A stretch of 64,000 nt of DNA from the human T2T-CHM13v2.0 reference genome, Homo sapiens: NCBI RefSeq assembly GCF_009914755.1, contig NC_060939.1, one strand, 5' to 3'. Every line of letters begins with the position of its first letter. Positions within the stretch are counted from its first letter, which is position 1. Under the pieces are notes generated by a model. The model made no database searches. It worked only from the letters and a program-made list of their open reading frames with translations, and was not told the DNA's origin. Of this stretch, positions 56,201 through 64,000 are shown piece after piece. A program made the position numbers and the translations under genes.

Positions 56201-59200
56201 TATTGTTCCATTCGATTCCATTCGAATCCATTCCATTCCAGTCCATTCCATTCGATTCCATTCCATTCATTTCAATTCCATTCCATTCCATTCCATTACA
56301 TTCCACTTGATTCCTCTCCATTCCCTTCCACTGCATTCCGTTCGATTCCATTCCATTGCATTGCATTCCATTCCATTGGATTGCATTCCATTCGATTCCA
56401 TTCCATTCGAATCAATTACATAGCAATCCATTACATTCGAGTCTATTCTCTTCCGTTCCATTCGATTTCGTTCCAATCCATTCGATTCCATTCCATTCGA
56501 TTCCATTCCATACTATTGCATTCCATTCGATTACATTATATTCGAATAAGTTCCATTCAAGACCATTTCTTTTGAGTCCATTCTATTTGAGTCCATTCCC
56601 TTTGATTCCATAACATTTGAGTCCATTCAATTCCATTCCTTTCGTTTCCATTCCATTTGATGCCATTCCATTCAATTCTGTTCTACTCGACTCCAATACA
56701 TTCAATTCCATTCCATCCGATTCCATTACATTCTTTTCATTTCTTATCCATTTCAAGCCATTCCACTCCATTCCATTCCACTCGTTTCCTTTCCATTCGA
56801 GTCCATTCCTCTCCAGTCCATTCCGTTCAATCCATTCCATTCCAGTCCATTCCATTCGAGTCCGTTCCATTCCAGTCCATTCCATTCGAGTCAATTCCAT
56901 TCCATTAGATGTCTTTCCATAACCATCCATTCCATTCTATTCCTTTCGATTCCATTCCATTCTATTTCATTCCATTCGATTCCCTTCCATTGGACTCCTT
57001 TCCATTCGAGTGCATTCCATTCCGTTCCATTTCTTTCCGTTCTGTACGATTCCTACCGTTCGATTTCATTTTGTTCCAGTCCATTCCTTTCGCGTTCATT
57101 CCATTCCATTTCACTCCATTCGATTCCATTCCACTCGATTCCACTTCGTTCCATTTCATTGCATTCCATTCTATTCAACTCTATTGCCTTCCATTCCATT
57201 CCATTCGATTACATTCCATGCGATTCCATTCGAAATCGAATCAATTACATTGCAAACCATTACTATTGAGTCCGTTTTATTCCAGTCCACTGCATTCTGG
57301 TCCATTCCATTTGATTCCATTCCATTCTATTCCATTCCATACAGTTGCATTCCATTGGATTCCATGCTATATCTATAAATTCAATTCGAGACCATTGCTT
57401 TTGAGTCCATTCTATATGATTCCTTTCCATTCAATTCCATTACATTTGGTTCAATTCCATTCCATTCCATTCCCTTTCATTCCATTCCATTTGATATCAA
57501 TCCATTCGATTCCATTCCATTCGAGCACATTCCATTCGAGTCCATTCCATTCGATGCCATTCCATTTGATTCTATTCCATTACTCTCCATTCAATTCCAT
57601 TAATCTCCATTCCATTCCATTCTACTCCAACTGATTCCATTCCATTCTATTCCTTTCCATTCCATTTCATTCCATTCCATTCCATACCATTCCATTCCAT
57701 TCCATTCCAATCGTGTCCATTCCACTCCAGTCCATTCCATTCGTGTTCATTCCATTCCAATCCATTCCATTTGTGTCCACTGCATTCCATTCCACTCCAT
57801 TCCATATTATTCCATTACACTCCATTCCATTCTATTACTTTCATTTCCATTCAATTCCATTCCATTTGATTCCATTCCACTCGGTTTCATTCCATTTGAG
57901 TTCACTCCATTCCATTCCATTCCATTCCATTCAGTTCCATTCCATTCCGTTCCATTACATTCCATTCCATTCGGTACCATTCCATATTGTTCCATTCGAT
58001 TCCATTCGAATCCATTCCATTGCAGTCCATTCCATTCGATTCCATTCCATTCATTTCAATTCCTTTCCATTCCATTCCATTCCACTTGATTCCTCTCCAT
58101 TCCCTTCCACTGCATTCCGTTCGATTCCATTCCATTGCATTGCATTCCATTCCATTGGATTGCATTCCATTCGATTCCATTCCATTCGAATCAATTACAT
58201 AGCAATCCATTACATTCGAGTCTATTCTCTTCCGTTCCATTCGATTTCGTTCCAATCCATTCGATTCCATTCCATTCGATTCCATTCCATACTATTGCAT
58301 TCCATTCGATTACATTATATTCGAATAAGTTCCATTCAAGACCATTTCTTTTGAGTCCATTCTATTTGAGTCCATTCCCTTTGATTCCATAACATTTGAG
58401 TCCATTCAATTCCATTCCTTTCGTTTCCATTCCATTTGATGCCATTCCATTCAATTCTGTTCTACTCGACTCCAATACATTCAATTCCATTCCATCCGAT
58501 TCCATTACATTCTTTTCATTTCTTATCCATTTCAAGCCATTCCACTCCATTCCATTCCACTCGTTTCCTTTCCATTCGAGTCCATTCCTCTCCAGTCCAT
58601 TCCGTTCAATCCATTCCATTCCAGTCCATTCCATTCGAGTCCGTTCCATTCCAGTCCATTCCATTCGAGTCAATTCCATTCCATTCGATGTCTTTCCATA
58701 ACGATCCATTCCATTCTATTCCTTTCGATTCCATTCCATTCTATTTCATTCCATTCGATTCCCTTCCATTGGACTCCTTTCCATTCGAGTGCATTCCATT
58801 CCGTTCCATTTCTTTCCGTTCTGTACGATTCCTACCGTTCGATTTCATTTTCTTCCAGTCCATTCTTTCGCGTCCATTCCATTCCATTTCACTCCATTCG
58901 ATTCCATTCCACTCGATTCCACTTCGTTCCATTTCATTGCATTCCATTCTATTCAACTCTATTGCCTTCCATTCCATTCCATTCGATTACATTCCATGCG
59001 ATTCCATTCGAAATCGAATCAATTACATTGCAATCCATTACTATTGAGTCCGTTTTATTCCAGTCCACTGCATTCTGGTCCATTCCATTTGATTCCATTC
59101 CATTCTATTCCATTCCATACAGTTGCATTCCATTGGATTCCATGCTATATCTATAAATTCAATTCGAGACCATTGCTTTTGAGTCCATTCTATATGATTC

Positions 59201-62200
59201 CATTCCATTCAAGTCCATTACATTTGGTTCAATTCCATTCCATTCGGTTCAATTCCATTCCATTCCATTCCCTTCCATTCCATTCCAGTTGATATCAATC
59301 CATTGGATTCCATTCCATTCGAGCACATTCCATTCGAGTTCATTCCATTCGATGCCATTCCTTTTGATTCTATTCCATTAGTCTCCATTCAATTCCATTA
59401 ATCTCCATTCCATTCCATTCTACTCCAACTGATTCCATTCCATTCTATTCCTTTCCATTCCATTTCATTCCATTCCATTCCATTCCATTCCATTCCATTC
59501 CATTCCATTCGTGTCCATTCCACTCCAGTCCATTCCATTCGTATCCATTCCATTCCAGTCTATTCCATTTGTGTCCACTGCATTCCATTCCACTCCATTC
59601 CATATTATTCCATTACACTCCATTCCATTCTATTACTTTCATTTCCATTCAATTCCATTCCATTTGATTCCATTCCACTCGGTTTCATTCCATTTGAGTC
59701 CACTCCATTCCATTCCATTCCATTCAGTTCCATTCCATTCTGTTCCATTCCATTCCGTTCCATTACATTCCATTCCATTCGGTACCATTCCATATTGTTC
59801 CATTCGATTCCATTCGAATCCATTCCATTCCAGTCCATTCCATTCGATTCCATTCCATTCATTTCAATTCCATTCCATTCCATTCCATTACATTCCACTT
59901 GATTCCTCTCCATTCCCTTCCACTGTATTCCGTTCGATTCCATTCCATTGCATTGCATTCCATTCCATTGTATTGCATTCCATTCGATTCCATTCCATTC
60001 GAATCAATTACATAGCAATCCATTACATTCGAGTCTATTCTATTCCGTTCCATTCGATTTCGTTCCAATCCATTCGATTCCATTCCATTCGATTCCATTC
60101 CATACTATTGCATTCCATTCGATTACATTATATTCGAATAAGTTCCATTCAAGACCATTTCTTTTGAGTCCATTCTATTTGAGTCCATTCCCTTTGATTC
60201 CATAACATTTGAGTCCATTCAATTCCATTCCTTTCGTTTCCATTCCATTTGATGCCATTCCATTCAATTCTGTTCTACTCGACTCCAATACATTCAATTC
60301 CATTCCATCCGATTCCATTACATTCTTTTCATTTCTTATCCATTTCAAGCCATTCCACTCCATTCCATTCCACTCGTTTCCTTTCCATTCGAGTCCATTC
60401 CTCTCCAGTCCATTCCGTTCAATCCATTCCATTCCAGTCCATTCCATTCGAGTCCGTTCCATTCCAGTCCATTCCATTCGAGTCAATTCCATTCTATTCG
60501 ATGTCTTTCCATAACGATCCATTCCATTCTATTCCTTTCGATTCCATTCCATTCTATTTCATTCCATTCGATTCCCTTCCATTGGACTCCTTTCCATTCG
60601 AGTGCATTGCATTCCGTTCCATTTCTTTCCGTTCTGTACGATTCCTACCGTTCGATTTCATTTTGTTCCAGTCCATTCTTTCGCGTCCATTCCATTCCAT
60701 TTCACTCCATTCGATTCCATTCCACTCGATTCCACTTCGTTCCATTTCATTGCATTCCATTCTATTCAACTCTATTGCCTTCCATTCCATTCCATTCGAT
60801 TACATTCCATGCGATTCCATTCGAAATCGAATCAATTACATTGCAATCCATTACTATTGAGTCCGTTTTATTCCAGTCCACTGCATTCTGGTCCATTCCA
60901 TTTGATTCCATTCCATTCTATTCCATTCCATACAGTTGCATTCCATTGGATTCCATGCTATATCTATAAATTCAATTCGAGACCATTGCTTTTGAGTCCA
61001 TTCTATATGATTCCATTCCATTCAAGTCCATTACATTTGGTTAAATTCCATTCCATTCGGTTCAATTCCATTCCATTCCATTCCCTTCCATTCCATTCCA
61101 GTTGATATCAATCCATTGGATTCCATTCCATTCGAGCACATTCCATTCGAGTCCATTCCATTCGATGCCATTCCATTTGATTCTATTCCATTAGTCTCCA
61201 TTCAATTCCATTAATCTCCATTCCATTCCATTCTACTCCAACTGATTCCATTCCATTCTATTCCTTTCCATTCCATTTCATTCCATTCCATTCCATTCCA
61301 TTCCATTCCATTCCATTCGTGTCCATTCCACTCCAGTCCATTCCATTCGTATCCATTCCATTCCAGTCCATTCCATTTGTGTCCACTGCATTCCATTCCA
61401 CTCCATTCCATATTATTCCATTACACTCCATTCCATTCTATTACTTTCATTTCCATTCAATTCCATTCCATTTGATTCCATTCCACTCGGTTTCATTCCA
61501 TTTGAGTCCACTCCATTCCATTCCATTCCATTCAGTTCCATTCCATTCTGTTCCATTCCATTCCGTTCCATTACATTCCATTCCATTCGGTACCATTCCA
61601 TATTGTTCCATTCGATTCCATTCGAATCCATTCCATTCCAGTCCATTCCATTCGATTCCATTCCATTCATTTCAATTCCATTCCATTCCATTCCATTACA
61701 TTCCACTTGATTCCTCTCCATTCCCTTCCACTGCATTCCGTTCGATTCCATTCCATTGCATTGCATTCCATTCCATTGGATTGCATTCCATTCGATTCCA
61801 TTCCATTCGAATCAATTACATAGCAATCCATTACATTCGAGTCTATTCTCTTCCGTTCCATTCGATTTCGTTCCAATCCATTCGATTCCATTCCATTCGA
61901 TTCCATTCCATACTATTGCATTCCATTCGATTACATTATATTCGAATAAGTTCCATTCAAGACCATTTCTTTTGAGTCCATTCTATTTGAGTCCATTCCC
62001 TTTGATTCCATAACATTTGAGTCCATTCAATTCCATTCCTTTCGTTTCCATTCCATTTGATGCCATTCCATTCAATTCTGTTCTACTCGACTCCAATACA
62101 TTCAATTCCATTCCATCCGATTCCATTACATTCTTTTCATTTCTTATCCATTTCAAGCCATTCCACTCCATTCCATTCCACTCGTTTCCTTTCCATTCGA

Positions 62201-64000
62201 GTCCATTCCTCTCCAGTCCATTCCGTTCAATCCATTCCATTCCAGTCCATTCCATTCGAGTCCGTTCCATTCCAGTCCATTCCATTCGAGTCAATTCCAT
62301 TCCATTAGATGTCTTTCCATAACCATCCATTCCATTCTATTCCTTTCGATTCCATTCCATTCTATTTCATTCCATTCGATTCCCTTCCATTGGACTCCTT
62401 TCCATTCGAGTGCATTCCATTCCGTTCCATTTCTTTCCGTTCTGTACGATTCCTACCGTTCGATTTCATTTTGTTCCAGTCCATTCCTTTCGCGTTCATT
62501 CCATTCCATTTCACTCCATTCGATTCCATTCCACTCGATTCCACTTCGTTCCATTTCATTGCATTCCATTCTATTCAACTCTATTGCCTTCCATTCCTTT
62601 CCATTCGATTACATTCCATGCGATTCCATTCGAAATCGAATCAATTACATTGCAAACCATTACTATTGAGTCCGTTTTATTCCAGTCCACTGCATTCTGG
62701 TCCATTCCATTTGATTCCATTCCATTCTATTCCATTCCATACAGTTGCATTCCATTGGATTCCATGCTATATCTATAAATTCAATTCGAGACCATTGCTT
62801 TTGAGTCCATTCTATATGATTCCTTTCCATTCAATTCCATTACATTTGGTTCAATTCCATTCCATTCCATTCCCTTTCATTCCATTCCATTTGATATCAA
62901 TCCATTCGATTCCATTCCATTCGAGCACATTCCATTCGAGTCCATTCCATTCGATGCCATTCCATTTGATTCTATTCCATTACTCTCCATTCAATTCCAT
63001 TAATCTCCATTCCATTCCATTCTACTCCAACTGATTCCATTCCATTCTATTCCTTTCCATTCCATTTCATTCCATTCCATTCCATACCATTCCATTCCAT
63101 TCCATTCCAATCGTGTCCATTCCACTCCAGTCCATTCCATTCGTGTTCATTCCATTCCAATCCATTCCATTTGTGTCCACTGCATTCCATTCCACTCCAT
63201 TCCATATTATTCCATTACACTCCATTCCATTCTATTACTTTCATTTCCATTCAATTCCATTCCATTTGATTCCATTCCACTCGGTTTCATTCCATTTGAG
63301 TTCACTCCATTCCATTCCATTCCATTCCATTCAGTTCCATTCCATTCCGTTCCATTACATTCCATTCCATTCGGTACCATTCCATATTGTTCCATTCGAT
63401 TCCATTCGAATCCATTCCATTGCAGTCCATTCCATTCGATTCCATTCCATTCATTTCAATTCCATTCCATTCCATTCCATTCCACTTGATTCCTCTCCAT
63501 TCCCTTCCACTGCATTCCGTTCGATTCCATTCCATTGCATTGCATTCCATTCCATTGGATTGCATTCCATTCGATTCCATTCCATTCGAATCAATTACAT
63601 AGCAATCCATTACATTCGAGTCTATTCTCTTCCGTTCCATTCGATTTCGTTCCAATCCATTCGATTCCATTCCATTCGATTCCATTCCATACTATTGCAT
63701 TCCATTCGATTACATTATATTCGAATAAGTTCCATTCAAGACCATTTCTTTTGAGTCCATTCTATTTGAGTCCATTCCCTTTGATTCCATAACATTTGAG
63801 TCCATTCAATTCCATTCCTTTCGTTTCCATTCCATTTGATGCCATTCCATTCAATTCTGTTCTACTCGACTCCAATACATTCAATTCCATTCCATCCGAT
63901 TCCATTACATTCTTTTCATTTCTTATCCATTTCAAGCCATTCCACTCCATTCCATTCCACTCGTTTCCTTTCCATTCGAGTCCATTCCTCTCCAGTCCAT
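53300..64000 (+). repeat. Nested trimer duplication, period 5400 bp (runs off the window end)
   Basis: 'ccattagatgtctttccataaccatcc' at ~56902/62302, 'cgcgttcatt' at 57091/62491 and 'tccataccat' at 57681/63081. ORF pairs are 54111/59511, 55919/61319, 56909/62309 and 57713/63113. Confidence 0.9.

Larger units (their letters stand above)
1..64000 (+). repeat. Satellite III (HSat3), diverged (CATTC)n tandem array, single orientation
   Basis: CCATT/CATTC pentamers dominate end to end, with typical HSat3 variants (ATTCG, GAGTC, CAGTC, ATTGC). G is strongly depleted on the + strand throughout. The CATTCGATTC/ATGATG-rich ~23-26 bp units typical of HSat2 do not dominate. Confidence 0.97.
20800..64000 (+). 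repeat. HSat3 sub-array with ~1.8-kb higher-order unit (~24 copies), resembling the D15Z1 1.8-kb KpnI satellite III
   Basis: The same landmark occurs 24 times from 22485 to 63792, with spacings of 1773-1813 bp (mean ~1796). There is one GGTACC (KpnI) per unit, e.g. 25669, 27458, 29256, 31040, 32837, 34631 ... 61589, 63373; it is mutated at ~22076 and ~23865. The periodicity is directly visible. The D15Z1/chr15p identity is inferred from the known 1.8-kb KpnI SatIII unit and is less certain (~0.6). Confidence 0.92.

Noticed and set aside
72-63950. Hundreds of ORFs on both strands, up to 385 aa (e.g. 10457-11614 and the recurring 308-aa ORFs)
   Set aside because: (CATTC)3 encodes FHSIP and its complement encodes MEWNG with no stop codon, so long ORFs are expected. 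They overlap in all frames, many use non-ATG starts, they are freely frameshifted between copies and they show no recognisable domain.
1-64000. CRISPR-like or other repeat-spacer system
   Set aside because: The sequence between recurring motifs is itself repeated satellite. There are no unique spacers and no cas or other genes.
1-64000. Inversion breakpoints or Alu/L1/alpha-satellite insertions
   Set aside because: No GGAAT-oriented tract and no non-satellite stretch were seen anywhere on the + strand.

Overview
The whole 64 kb window is one uninterrupted, single-orientation array of human/hominid Satellite III (HSat3; diverged CATTC pentamers on the + strand, GGAAT/GAATG on the - strand). 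I found no genes, RNA genes, CRISPR arrays, transposon insertions or inversions. The ORF track is an artefact of the pentamer (FHSIP/MEWNG repeats), but it gives useful landmarks. I see no evidence of a novel coding system; the interest lies in the repeat architecture. (1) From 1 to ~20.8 kb the unit is ~3.5 kb, with a 641-bp deletion variant and a 1480-bp duplication variant. (2) From ~20.8 to 64 kb there are ~24 copies of a ~1.8-kb unit (mean ~1796 bp, usually one KpnI site each, D15Z1-like). (3) The 1.8-kb unit equals the 3.5-kb unit minus ~1722 bp, joined at a 23-bp exact homology. (4) The 1.8-kb array contains successive nested 2-, 2-, 4- and 3-unit duplications (3582, 3597, 7174 and 5400 bp). 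(5) Both unit types seem built from older ~0.6-1 kb subunits. All distances come from manual landmark reading, not from computed alignments.
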